Source: Escherichia coli (GTDB lineage Bacteria > Pseudomonadota > Gammaproteobacteria > Enterobacterales > Enterobacteriaceae). Taken from it: a DNA stretch of 64,000 nucleotides. A program made the translations under genes and the position numbers. Of this stretch, positions 32,792 to 41,573 are shown piece after piece (the first letter of the stretch is position 1; every line of letters starts with the position of its first letter). The notes under the pieces were generated by a model. The model was not told the DNA's origin and searched no databases. It worked only from the letters and a program-made list of their open reading frames with translations. Where the stretch lies: NCBI RefSeq assembly GCF_050320075.1, contig NZ_CP190018.1. One strand, given 5' to 3'.

Positions 32792-33607
32792 ATGAGCAGA
32801 CATGCAACAGATTGGGCCTGGGAGACAGATCCAGGTAGCTCATCATTAAAGCTCATACTGCTCTCGATGGCTGACAGAGCCGATGAATATAACCTCTGCT
32901 ACCCCAGCATAGAACGCCTCGTTAAAGACACTTGCCTGAATAAAAAAACCGTGCAGGCCGGGCTTATATCGCTCATGAAAATGGGGCTTATTTCAGATAC
33001 CGGAGAGAGAAAGGGAGCGACAAAAAGAGTGCGGGTTTTCTCTCTTAATATAACCAAAAACGGGAACATTAAAGGCAACCGGGAAGGGGGTAATGAACCC
33101 GAAATCGGTAATGTTACCGAAAACGGGAATATACCCAAAAACGGGATGTTGAATGATCCCAAAAACGGGATGTTGAATGATCCCAAAAACGGGATCCAGA
33201 ACCAGTCATATAACCAGTCATTTAACCAAGAGAGGGAGAGCAGGACAAAAAGCGGGGATTCTGTGCCTCATGACCCCGGAGCAAACAACGCCGTGATGAA
33301 TAACTTTGTTCCTCCTGGTGGGCCAGGGCAATTAGGCAAATTTGTCATGCATGAACAATGGCAGCCATCAGATGACTTTCTTCGGAAAAGCTCATTGCAG
33401 GGGATCTACCTGGACAGTCTGCCAACGGCACAGGAACTTGCAGAGTTCAGAATTTACTGGATGGCTGAGGGTAAGGCATACCATCAGGCACAGTGGGAGC
33501 AGAAGCTGGCAAGGCGGCTGCAGATTAGCAGACAGAAGCAATCAACATTACCTGATAACAACGTTCCGCACTGGAACAGCCCTGAAGCATGGGAGGATTT
33601 CTTGTGA
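32792..33607 (+). CDS. replication initiator, lambda O-like (N-terminal winged-HTH, iteron-encoded linker, DnaT-like C-terminal region)
   Basis: 271-aa ORF; tandem DNA repeats inside the gene encode a low-complexity linker (PKNGMLNDPKNGMLNDPKNG), as in lambda O; followed by a P-like gene. Confidence 0.65.
   Translation: MSRHATDWAWETDPGSSSLKLILLSMADRADEYNLCYPSIERLVKDTCLNKKTVQAGLISLMKMGLISDTGERKGATKRVRVFSLNITKNGNIKGNREGGNEPEIGNVTENGNIPKNGMLNDPKNGMLNDPKNGIQNQSYNQSFNQERESRTKSGDSVPHDPGANNAVMNNFVPPGGPGQLGKFVMHEQWQPSDDFLRKSSLQGIYLDSLPTAQELAEFRIYWMAEGKAYHQAQWEQKLARRLQISRQKQSTLPDNNVPHWNSPEAWEDFL
33054..33225. repeat. iteron cluster (candidate replication origin) inside the O-like gene
   Basis: Five copies of CC(A/G)AAAACGGGA (about 33054, 33117, 33134, 33158, 33182), the last three as exact 24-bp tandem units, followed by a doubled aaccagtcat. 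Confidence 0.6.
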
Positions 33608-34389
33608 ACAACGTTTTTACCGCGATACAAAACCGTGACGGAGAAGCCCTTTCTCGCATGTCAGGTTATGAGCATCAGTACGTCAACAATGACAATGTGG
33701 TGAACATGTCAGCAGAGAGGCTTGTTGATGCCCTTTTTAAACAGCTGAAACAACTGTTTCCGGCGGCAGTGGTAACCAACCTGAAGACGCCAGAGCAGGA
33801 AGTTGCTGCAAAACAGCAGTGGATTGCTGCGTTTGCCGAAGGGGGGATCCGAACCCGTGAACAGGTTTCTGCTGGTATGCGCCACGCCCGCGCCAGTGAA
33901 TCTCCGTTCTGGCCGTCTCCAGGGCAATTTATCAAGTGGTGCAAAGACAGCAAGATGGTTCTTGGCGTCACCATTGACGATGTGATGGCGGAGTTTCACC
34001 GGTACAGCAAGGAAAAAAGTTTATATCCTGGTGGTCCCGAAAGATTCCCGTGGCGACATCCGGTTATGTACTGGGTCGTATGTGATACCCGCCGTGCAAT
34101 GTATCAGCGCCAGCTTAGCGAGATTGAGGTTGAGAAACACGCACGCAGGCTGCTCGATGATTGGGCGAAAAAGGTGGCTTCCGGACAGCAGATACCCGAT
34201 CCGGTGATCAGCATACAGGCAAAGCCAGAGCCCATGAGTACGCCTCCGGACACAGGGAGAGACGTTTACCATCCACCAGGGCGAAGTTTCGGGTGCATGC
34301 CTAACGCCGCCACCCTTGGGGGAATAACACCGGCGCAGTGGCTGATGGAGGAATACAGGCGGGGAAAGGCGGCAGGATTTATCAAGTAA
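33604..34389 (+). CDS. replication protein P-like (helicase loader)
   Basis: ORF 33589-34389; strong similarity by eye to lambda P (QVSAGMRHARASESPFWPSPGQFIKWC versus lambda QVNAGMRVARRQNRPFLPSPGQFVAWC); GTG 33604 with GGGAGG SD overlaps the O-like stop. Confidence 0.8.
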   Translation: MNNVFTAIQNRDGEALSRMSGYEHQYVNNDNVVNMSAERLVDALFKQLKQLFPAAVVTNLKTPEQEVAAKQQWIAAFAEGGIRTREQVSAGMRHARASESPFWPSPGQFIKWCKDSKMVLGVTIDDVMAEFHRYSKEKSLYPGGPERFPWRHPVMYWVVCDTRRAMYQRQLSEIEVEKHARRLLDDWAKKVASGQQIPDPVISIQAKPEPMSTPPDTGRDVYHPPGRSFGCMPNAATLGGITPAQWLMEEYRRGKAAGFIK

Positions 34390-34506
34390 TACCAGCGCGA
34401 TAGCGCATTTTTTTACGTCTATATGATTACCTGGAAGGTAATAAAATGTTCTAATCTCTATTGATTTCATGTCTTATGTGGTTTTTAATTACCTAAGGGG
34501 TAAATC

Positions 34507-34854
34507 ATGAGAAAACAGATACAGGCTCTTGGTCGACTCAAAACAGGCCAGATGAACAAAACAGAATCTGCGTATTGCCAGCACCTTGAGCTGCGTAAAC
34601 GTGCAGGGGAAATCGCCTGGTATCGATTCGAGGGTATCAAGCTGCGGTTAGCTAATAACACGTTCTATACGCCCGATTTCGCTGTGATGCTCGCCACCGG
34701 CGAGATGGAGCTGCACGAAGTGAAAGGGGGATTCTGGACCGATGACGCCAGAGTGAAAACCAAAGTCGCCGCAGATCAGTATCCGTTCCGAATCATCGGG
34801 GTAACGGTTAAACCAAAGAAAGCAGGTGGTGGCTGGAACATCGAAGAGTTCTGA
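34507..34854 (+). CDS. hypothetical phage protein (DUF1064-like)
   Basis: 115-aa ORF in the post-replication accessory region; family assignment from memory. Confidence 0.45.
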   Translation: MRKQIQALGRLKTGQMNKTESAYCQHLELRKRAGEIAWYRFEGIKLRLANNTFYTPDFAVMLATGEMELHEVKGGFWTDDARVKTKVAADQYPFRIIGVTVKPKKAGGGWNIEEF

Positions 34855-34915
34855 ATCGACGATCTATTTAGTTATCAATGTAATCAATAAGTTATGTGGA
34901 TAAGCGAGGGTAAAG

Positions 34916-35482
34916 ATGGAAAGTAATATCAAAGGGTTAGTTGCCGCCGGGCATGAGATGGCTTCGGAACTGAAAGCAGAATGTGGTGCCGTTGATATGC
35001 GCAGTGTGGCAAAGCTGATCAGCGATTTGGCAACGCAACTGGAAGTGCAACTGGTGCGTGCTAATGCGCTGGCGGCGGAGAGTGCGGCAATGCATGAAAC
35101 TATTGAAGCCGTTCGGAGTGTTGCGGATAACTCCAGTGGAATTGCCGGATGGCATTTGAATGGCGATATCGCTACATGGGAAGAGATTCTTCCTGAAATT
35201 AACGATATCGAAACTCCAGCCACCGATGCTTTCCTGGCTGAAATTCGTGCGGAAGCACGCAACGAGGGGATTAACTATACCGCCAGCCGTCTTGCTGCTG
35301 CGTTCAATCACGGATTTATCAATAAATCTTTGCGTGAAGTTTTCGACGTTACACGCATGATTTTGTCAGCGAAAGAAGAGTTGGCTAATGAACCGCATCC
35401 GATTGATGGCCTGTCCGGTGAATATGCGGAGAAATCCCTTGAAGAATGGGCGGAACAGATTCGCAAAGGAGGCAAGCAGTGA
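34916..35482 (+). CDS. hypothetical phage protein
   Basis: 188-aa acidic ORF with good coding continuity in the accessory region. Confidence 0.45.
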   Translation: MESNIKGLVAAGHEMASELKAECGAVDMRSVAKLISDLATQLEVQLVRANALAAESAAMHETIEAVRSVADNSSGIAGWHLNGDIATWEEILPEINDIETPATDAFLAEIRAEARNEGINYTASRLAAAFNHGFINKSLREVFDVTRMILSAKEELANEPHPIDGLSGEYAEKSLEEWAEQIRKGGKQ

Positions 35483-35778
35483 GTGTATATCTTATTGATA
35501 AACGTCGACGTGGGCAACAAATACCACCTGTAGGAATTCCGAATCACACATGGTTTTGCGTACTTGATATCGATGGTATGGATGCGTTGGTTGACACTCG
35601 TCATTACTGCGATACCGCAACAGCTACTCCGGCGAAAGCAAAGAAAATGGCTGCTCTGATAGAAAACTGGACTCCACCTGATGGTTGGTGCAATGGGAAT
35701 GATCGAGATTGGCATGAAAAAATGAAGGGCTATATCTGCGATTTCTTACGTAAATGCAACGGATTCAGGGTGATGTGA
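35479..35778 (+). CDS. hypothetical phage protein; start uncertain
   Basis: ORF 35446-35778; GTG at 35479 overlaps the upstream stop. Confidence 0.35.
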   Translation: MSVYLIDKRRRGQQIPPVGIPNHTWFCVLDIDGMDALVDTRHYCDTATATPAKAKKMAALIENWTPPDGWCNGNDRDWHEKMKGYICDFLRKCNGFRVM

Positions 35779-35779
35779 C

Positions 35780-36337
35780 ATGAACAAGATTGACTATCAG
35801 GCACTGCGTGAGGCGGCAGAGAAGGCAACGTGGGGAGACTGGGACTCATATAAACCACACCGTGGCGCACGTGGTTATGAGGTCCGACTAAGTAGTCAGG
35901 CCATTGCGCAACACGTTCTGAAAAACAACGCTGAATTTATTGCTGCCTTTAATCCAAAGATTGCTTTGGCACTACTGGATGAACGGGAAAGGAACCAGCA
36001 ATACATCAAATCCCGCGACCAGGAGAACGAGGATATTGCACTAACGGTAGGGAAGTTGCGCGTTGAGCTGGAAGCAGCAAAATCAAAACTCAACGAGCAG
36101 CGTGAGTATTACGAAGGTGTTATCTCTGATGGGAGTAAGCGCATAGCAGAGTTAGAAAGTGGTTCTCAGGCACAAAAGTTAGTTGAAGCAATCATTGTTG
36201 CGATAGAAAACGAACAGGAACGTCTTTTTGATGAAGATTACCTAATGGATTCGAAAGAATGCATTGACGTAATTCGTGAAGAAGTAAAGCGATGGGATGA
36301 TTCCCGCGCCGCTGGCATTGGCATCAAAGGAGAGTGA
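35780..36337 (+). CDS. hypothetical phage protein (Ea22-like)
   Basis: 185-aa ORF beginning MNKIDYQALREAAEKATWGDW with a coiled-coil-like middle. Confidence 0.45.
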   Translation: MNKIDYQALREAAEKATWGDWDSYKPHRGARGYEVRLSSQAIAQHVLKNNAEFIAAFNPKIALALLDERERNQQYIKSRDQENEDIALTVGKLRVELEAAKSKLNEQREYYEGVISDGSKRIAELESGSQAQKLVEAIIVAIENEQERLFDEDYLMDSKECIDVIREEVKRWDDSRAAGIGIKGE

Positions 36338-36602
36338 TATGGCAACTTTGACAAAAAAAGAACAAGCATGGTTGAGCGAATTACAGGACGTTCTTGATCG
36401 CTGCCCATCACCGAAAAAAATTGGTTTTTACACCATTGGCGATAAAAGCATTTACCTGTATGACCTGCGCCGCATGGATGAAATCATGGAGGCTCTTGAT
36501 AATCGTTCGTCAATGGATTGGTGTGTTGCTGTTCATGATATGAATGCCGGATTTGATGAAAAGATTTTATTCCCCTCATCAGTTGAAAGTACAGCAGGAT
36601 AA
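36337..36602 (+). CDS. hypothetical phage protein
   Basis: ORF 36297-36602; ATG 36337 (MATLTKKEQAWL...) overlaps the upstream stop. Confidence 0.4.
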
Positions 36603-36612
36603 GGACTAACAC

Positions 36613-37542
36613 ATGACCACTATTACCAAAGAGCGACTGCTGACAATCAGGCAGTGGCGCGAAACATACGGACCTGGTAGCAACGTTGTACTGCCAGCAG
36701 AAGAAGCGGAAGAACTGGCACGAATTGCTCTGGCATCGCTGGAGCAGAATGTACTATCGGGCAACTCTCCGCTTATTCCTGGTGAAGTGTTGTCCGCAAT
36801 CCGGGAGGTTGCCAGGATTCGTGCCGATTTCGATGATTTTGACGGTGACAGGCGAGGTATCGGTGATTGTCTGGATGAGGCCGAGCAAGAGCTTATCGTT
36901 ACCATTAACAAATATGCCAGTCAGTTGGCAGCAGAACCGATAGCGACTAATGACGTTCGAGAGCAGCAGACAGCCGTTCCGCCAGTTCCGGAAATACAGG
37001 ATGATGTCGCGCAAGCAATTGAAAATCTCAAGCAGAAGTTAGTGGAATGCAATCGCTATAACTACTGCGCAGATGCAGTTAAAGGCGTAGAGGATGCCTG
37101 CCATGCTGCCATGCTTCATAGTGCCGAACCTGCAAGTAATCATGAAGAGTTGCCGCTTGATTATCTCCAAGGTCAAAAAGATGGTCTTGAATGGGCTGCG
37201 CAGCTTGCAGAAGCAAATCACCCACAAACTGGCGACTGGCTTTACGATGACCCGCTGGAGGTGGCTAAAGCTATCAGAAAAGGTCCTGACATGCCCGAAT
37301 TCGATGGACCAACTCCGGCAACTCCGGATGGTTGGATAAGCTGTAGTGAGCGAATGCCGAACGATAAACAGTATGTTTGGTGTTGGGGTAAGTCTTACGG
37401 CTGGACTGAGTGCGATACCTTCGAAGGGTATTACGATTGGTCGAGAAACAAATGGTGGGCAGTTACTGACGATGGGGAAGAACCGGCATCGAAAGTAACC
37501 CACTGGATGCCGCTACCAGAACCGCCGCAGGAGGTGAAGTGA
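36613..37542 (+). CDS. hypothetical phage protein with DUF551-like C-terminus
   Basis: 309-aa ORF; C-terminal WISCSERMPNDKQYVWCW...VTHWMPLPEPP resembles the phage DUF551 domain. Confidence 0.5.
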   Translation: MTTITKERLLTIRQWRETYGPGSNVVLPAEEAEELARIALASLEQNVLSGNSPLIPGEVLSAIREVARIRADFDDFDGDRRGIGDCLDEAEQELIVTINKYASQLAAEPIATNDVREQQTAVPPVPEIQDDVAQAIENLKQKLVECNRYNYCADAVKGVEDACHAAMLHSAEPASNHEELPLDYLQGQKDGLEWAAQLAEANHPQTGDWLYDDPLEVAKAIRKGPDMPEFDGPTPATPDGWISCSERMPNDKQYVWCWGKSYGWTECDTFEGYYDWSRNKWWAVTDDGEEPASKVTHWMPLPEPPQEVK

Positions 37543-37647
37543 TGAACAAGTGCAACGCTCTGCTTTATGCCATGGTGATTGGTTTCGGCCTGGTTGCTGG
37601 TATCCGGGTTTATATTACCTGGGAGTCATTAATCAATCTGGCGTGGA

Positions 37648-37995
37648 GTGCGATTCGTGGCTAAATCCCCCGCAGAACGCAAAGCCGCGCAGCGCGCTCG
37701 GCAGTCCGCCGCCGGTGAGCGCAAAATTGAACTGGTGCTGGATAAGCAGGAGCAGGAAATGCTGGAGCGTAACTGTGCCACGCGTCGCCCCGGGCGTGCG
37801 CCTTACGAATTTGGGGAGTATATAGCGTTACTGATCCGCCAGGATGATGCACGCGTGCGCGGGCGTATAAAATCGATTAGCAGAAAACGTTGCGGTAAGT
37901 GCGGCGAGAAAGTTCCCGTTAATTCATGCCCGTGTAATGGTGACTCGCAATGCTGGGTGACTAAAGGCTGGCATGAAACGAAATTAATAGTGTGA
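37648..37995 (+). CDS. zinc-finger protein immediately upstream of the terminase genes (candidate late regulator)
   Basis: 115-aa basic protein with cysteine cluster CGKCGEKVPVNSCPCNGDSQC; stop codon lies inside a GTGACATGTCAC palindrome. Confidence 0.45.
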   Translation: MRFVAKSPAERKAAQRARQSAAGERKIELVLDKQEQEMLERNCATRRPGRAPYEFGEYIALLIRQDDARVRGRIKSISRKRCGKCGEKVPVNSCPCNGDSQCWVTKGWHETKLIV

Positions 37996-38044
37996 CATGT
38001 CACGAGTAGATTATGCATGATGAATTTGATGGGTTTTGAATACT

Positions 38045-38070
38045 GCCGCCAACTATGGCGGCTTTATTTT
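38045..38070 (+). terminator. intrinsic terminator between the early region and the terminase genes
   Basis: Hairpin gccgccaactatggcggc followed by tttatttt. Confidence 0.55.
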
Positions 38071-38113
38071 GCATGGTACTATTACCACAACGGTAACAAT
38101 TACCATGGTGGTT

Positions 38114-38710
38114 ATGATGCCTGCTGAACCTAAAACCTATAAACGCAAATCAACGCAATTTAAGCCACTAACCGCAATGCAGGAGGCTTATTGCCAGTCA
38201 TACATCAAAACGCCTGAAAACCAGACTCAGGCAGCGATTAACGCAGGATTCTCCCCAAATACAGCGGCAGTTAAAGCCAGTGTCATGATGCGCGATGAAC
38301 GCATTCAAAAACGGATTGCCGAGTTGATGGAGGAGCGCAACAAACGAATGCGCGTCAGTGCCGATTACGTTCTCATGCGCCTGGTGGAGATCGACCAGAT
38401 GGACGTGATTGATATCCTCAATGACGATGGGAGCCTTAAGCCAATCCGCGAGTGGCCGAAAATCTGGCGCACTACGCTTAGTGGCTTTGATCTGTCATCG
38501 ACCATCATGAACATGAACGAGGATTCGATAGAGACAATTCTCAAAAAAATTAAATGGCCTGACAAGGTGAAGAACCTCGAACTGATTGGTAAGCACGTCG
38601 ACGTCAATGCATTCAAAGAACGCCTGGATGTTAATGTGAATGTGACAATTGCTGATCGCATAGCGGCAGCCAGGAAGCGACTCAAAGAACGTCAGGATGG
38701 TAATCAGTGA
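38114..38710 (+). CDS. terminase small subunit
   Basis: ORF 38036-38710; start placed at ATG 38114/38117 (MPAEPKTYKRKS...); directly upstream of, and overlapping, the large terminase gene (GTGA). Confidence 0.6.
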   Translation: MMPAEPKTYKRKSTQFKPLTAMQEAYCQSYIKTPENQTQAAINAGFSPNTAAVKASVMMRDERIQKRIAELMEERNKRMRVSADYVLMRLVEIDQMDVIDILNDDGSLKPIREWPKIWRTTLSGFDLSSTIMNMNEDSIETILKKIKWPDKVKNLELIGKHVDVNAFKERLDVNVNVTIADRIAAARKRLKERQDGNQ

Positions 38711-40182
38711 CAGATACAGCGTTATCTCCTGAAGAGCAGTTGATCGAGGATATTGCAGGGTTCACTCACGATCCGCTTGGCTATGCCCTCTATGCGTTCC
38801 CGTGGGGGGAAGAGGGGACTGAACTGGCACATGCTACCGGCCCACGTCAGTGGCAGGCTGATGCGTTCCGAGAGATACGTGATCACCTGCAGAATCCAGA
38901 GACGCGCTATCAGCCGCTTATGCTGGCACGCGCTTCTGGTCACGGTATTGGTAAATCCGCATTCATCTCAATGCTGATCAACTGGGGCATGTCCACTTGC
39001 GAGGATTGTAAGGTCGTGGTGACCGCCAACACCGACAACCAGCTACGAACGAAGACCTGGCCGGAAATTATCAAGTGGTCGAACCTTGCTATCACGAAAG
39101 ACTGGTTTACCTGTACCGCTACTGCGATGTACAGCAATGATCCTGGGCACGACAAGCGGTGGCGAGCTGACGCAATCCCCTGGTCTGAGCACAACACTGA
39201 GGCATTCGCCGGACTACACAACGAGCGCAAACGCATCATCGTGGTATTCGATGAAGCGTCGAACATTGCGGATCTGGTGTGGGAAGTTGCTGAGGGTGCG
39301 CTTACGGACGAAGACACTGAGATTATCTGGGTGGCGTTCGGAAACCCTACACGTAATACCGGGCGTTTTCGCGAATGTTTCCGCAAATACAAACACCGCT
39401 GGAAAACTGCGCAGATTGACAGCCGGACGGTGGAAGGTACTAACAAACAGCAGTTGCAGAAATGGGTTGATGACTACGGGGAAGACAGCGACTTCGTTAA
39501 AATCCGTGTGCGCGGCATATTCCCTGATGCATCTGAATTGCAGTTTATCCCTACCGGTCTTACTGATGAGGCAATGAAACGGGTGGTAACCGCTGCGCAG
39601 GTTGCACATGCTCCGGTGATAATCGGCGTTGACCCGGCATACTCCGGAGTTGATGACGCTGTGATATACCTGCGGCAGGGGCTGCACAGTAAGGTGCTGT
39701 GGACTGGCAACAAGACCACTGACGATCTGATAATGGCGAAGCGTATCGCTGACTTTGAAGACCAGTACCAGGCTGACGCAGTGTTCATCGACTTCGGTTA
39801 CGGAACTGGTCTGAAGTCAATCGGTGACGGCTGGGGTCGTACATGGCAACTTGTTCCGTTCGGTGGCGCGTCTACTGACCCGCAGATGCTCAACAAGCGT
39901 GGGGAGATGTTCAACTCATGCAAGACATGGCTGAGGCTGGGCGGGATGCTGGATGACCAGGAAACAGCAGACGACCTGTCGACGGCAGAGTACAAAGTTC
40001 GCGTGGACGGTAAAATCGTTATCGAACCGAAGGAAGATATCAAGGAGCGGCTTGGGCGTTCGCCGGGTAAAGGCGATGCGCTACTGCTGACGTTTGCGTT
40101 CCCTGTGTCTAAGCGTCTGCGAATTCCCGGGCAGCAGAACCAGCAAGGCAAGGCCATTACAGATTACGATCCCTATGCTTAA
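38707..40182 (+). CDS. terminase large subunit
   Basis: 491-aa ORF with a Walker A-like ATPase region and C-terminal nuclease-like region. Confidence 0.85.
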   Translation: MTDTALSPEEQLIEDIAGFTHDPLGYALYAFPWGEEGTELAHATGPRQWQADAFREIRDHLQNPETRYQPLMLARASGHGIGKSAFISMLINWGMSTCEDCKVVVTANTDNQLRTKTWPEIIKWSNLAITKDWFTCTATAMYSNDPGHDKRWRADAIPWSEHNTEAFAGLHNERKRIIVVFDEASNIADLVWEVAEGALTDEDTEIIWVAFGNPTRNTGRFRECFRKYKHRWKTAQIDSRTVEGTNKQQLQKWVDDYGEDSDFVKIRVRGIFPDASELQFIPTGLTDEAMKRVVTAAQVAHAPVIIGVDPAYSGVDDAVIYLRQGLHSKVLWTGNKTTDDLIMAKRIADFEDQYQADAVFIDFGYGTGLKSIGDGWGRTWQLVPFGGASTDPQMLNKRGEMFNSCKTWLRLGGMLDDQETADDLSTAEYKVRVDGKIVIEPKEDIKERLGRSPGKGDALLLTFAFPVSKRLRIPGQQNQQGKAITDYDPYA

Positions 40183-40272
40183 TCCGTTAGCGGGGATAAT
40201 GACGGAGATATCCTCTGGTGAGGATAAAACAAAGCCAGCTCATCGGCTGGCTGTTTGTGACATGTCACGGTG

Positions 40273-40644
40273 TTATTGCTCGCTTAACTTCTGCTTCAGC
40301 AAGTAACCTTCAAGCATCCAGATTTTGTTTACAGCATTCTGCCGGGCAATCTTCCGACCAATTTCCGCATCAAAGTTTTCCGGGCTTGCACAGGCGCTCT
40401 CTCCGGTGACGGTGAAGCCGTTGCGCAGCACCAGAACGCAGAACGTCAGCAGAGAAAGTGATTCGTGCGGCTGGTAGTTTACCTCTCCGCCAGTATGTTT
40501 CGCTTTTATGGCTACGCCAAAGACACCATCTTCTGCTGTGAAATATGCCTCCTGAGCAATAATGCTCTCGATATGGTCTGGCGTAACGCGCGGCGCGGCT
40601 AAACCTTTAGCCTGAATTTCAGATTCAATGTCTTTGTCACTCAT
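40273..40644 (-). CDS. hypothetical phage protein
   Basis: 123-aa minus-strand ORF inserted between terminase and portal genes; AAGGTGA SD upstream. Confidence 0.45.
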   Translation of the reverse strand: MSDKDIESEIQAKGLAAPRVTPDHIESIIAQEAYFTAEDGVFGVAIKAKHTGGEVNYQPHESLSLLTFCVLVLRNGFTVTGESACASPENFDAEIGRKIARQNAVNKIWMLEGYLLKQKLSEQ

Positions 40645-40847
40645 AGTCTAATCTCACCTTAAAAAAATGCCCGGCGAACCGGGCGAACTGGAAGCAATGA
40701 GTTATGCCTTCCGTGGCTGTACTGGTTTACAGCATGAAGTCATCGCAATGGCGTCCTGCTGTAAAAAGGGCGGTGATAGTCCTTCAAGGGAAACCATCAC
40801 CGCCAAGCACCTGGAACTTCTGGCATCACGGTCCTTAGGCGTGATTC

Positions 40848-40924
40848 TGGCGTGGCATGCAGGATTCGAACCTGCGACCAACCGCTTAGAAGGCGGTTGC
40901 TCTGTCCAACTGAGCTAATGCCAC
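40848..40924 (-). tRNA. tRNA-Arg (anticodon UCU), phage-encoded
   Basis: Manual cloverleaf: acceptor GTGGCAT/ATGCCAC, D-arm GCTC/GAGC, anticodon stem ACCGC/GCGGT, loop CTTCTAA (UCU), T-arm GCAGG-TTCGAAT-CCTGC, discriminator G, CCA encoded; closely resembles host argU. Confidence 0.85.
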
Positions 40925-41352
40925 AACGCTGAGAGCACTTAGCCTGTTAAGTGCGCCACACTTTGTCGCAGCTCCATAAATGCTCTCATCGTTGTACCCT
41001 CGTCTCTTCCGAGGCGTCACACCGAATCGCCGGGATGGTGAATCCCCGTGCGCGGAATAAAACCGCTCGACTTGCACATTCCGGCTACCTGGTTCGTTTG
41101 CCCGAGCAAGGGAGGGTGCCCCTTAAACGTATCCAGACCGCTATCGGCGCATGTGCCATACGCCGTACTGCTCAAAATAAAAGCTCACTCCACCTGTTCA
41201 ATTTAACGACAAGCCAGTCAGGTTAATAACCGGAATGAACCATTTACTTACCTGAAAGGTAATAATTCGTGCGTTAAATGTCAACTACCTACGATAAATA
41301 AATCATATGTGGTTAAATTGGTAATAATTTAATTGCGTACGGAGTCATTGAT

Positions 41353-41559
41353 ATGTGCATGGGTAGCTCACCATCAGTGCCTGCAACACCAGAAGTTCAG
41401 GCAGCACCACAGGAGCAGGATGCCGCCGTTGTTGATGCCCGCGACGAAGAAACACGTCGCCGTCGCGCTGCTGCTGGTCGTAGTTCTACGCTGCTTACCG
41501 GTTCTCAGGGCGACACATCAACTGCTAATACCAGCGGTAAAACGCTGCTTGGTCAGTAA
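41353..41559 (+). CDS. hypothetical small protein
   Basis: 68-aa ORF just upstream of the portal gene with the same SD context (ggagtcattga-ATG) as the portal gene. Confidence 0.4.
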   Translation: MCMGSSPSVPATPEVQAAPQEQDAAVVDARDEETRRRRAAAGRSSTLLTGSQGDTSTANTSGKTLLGQ

Positions 41560-41573
41560 CCGGAGTCATTGAA

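Noticed and set aside
33131-33202. Regular 24-bp tandem repeats considered as a possible CRISPR array
   Set aside because: Only three units with no intervening spacers, located inside a replication-initiator ORF; better explained as origin iterons.
40667-40918. 83-aa plus-strand ORF overlapping the tRNA-Arg and its downstream hairpins
   Set aside because: Overlaps a cloverleaf-folding tRNA on the opposite strand and two terminator hairpins; no ribosome-binding site.
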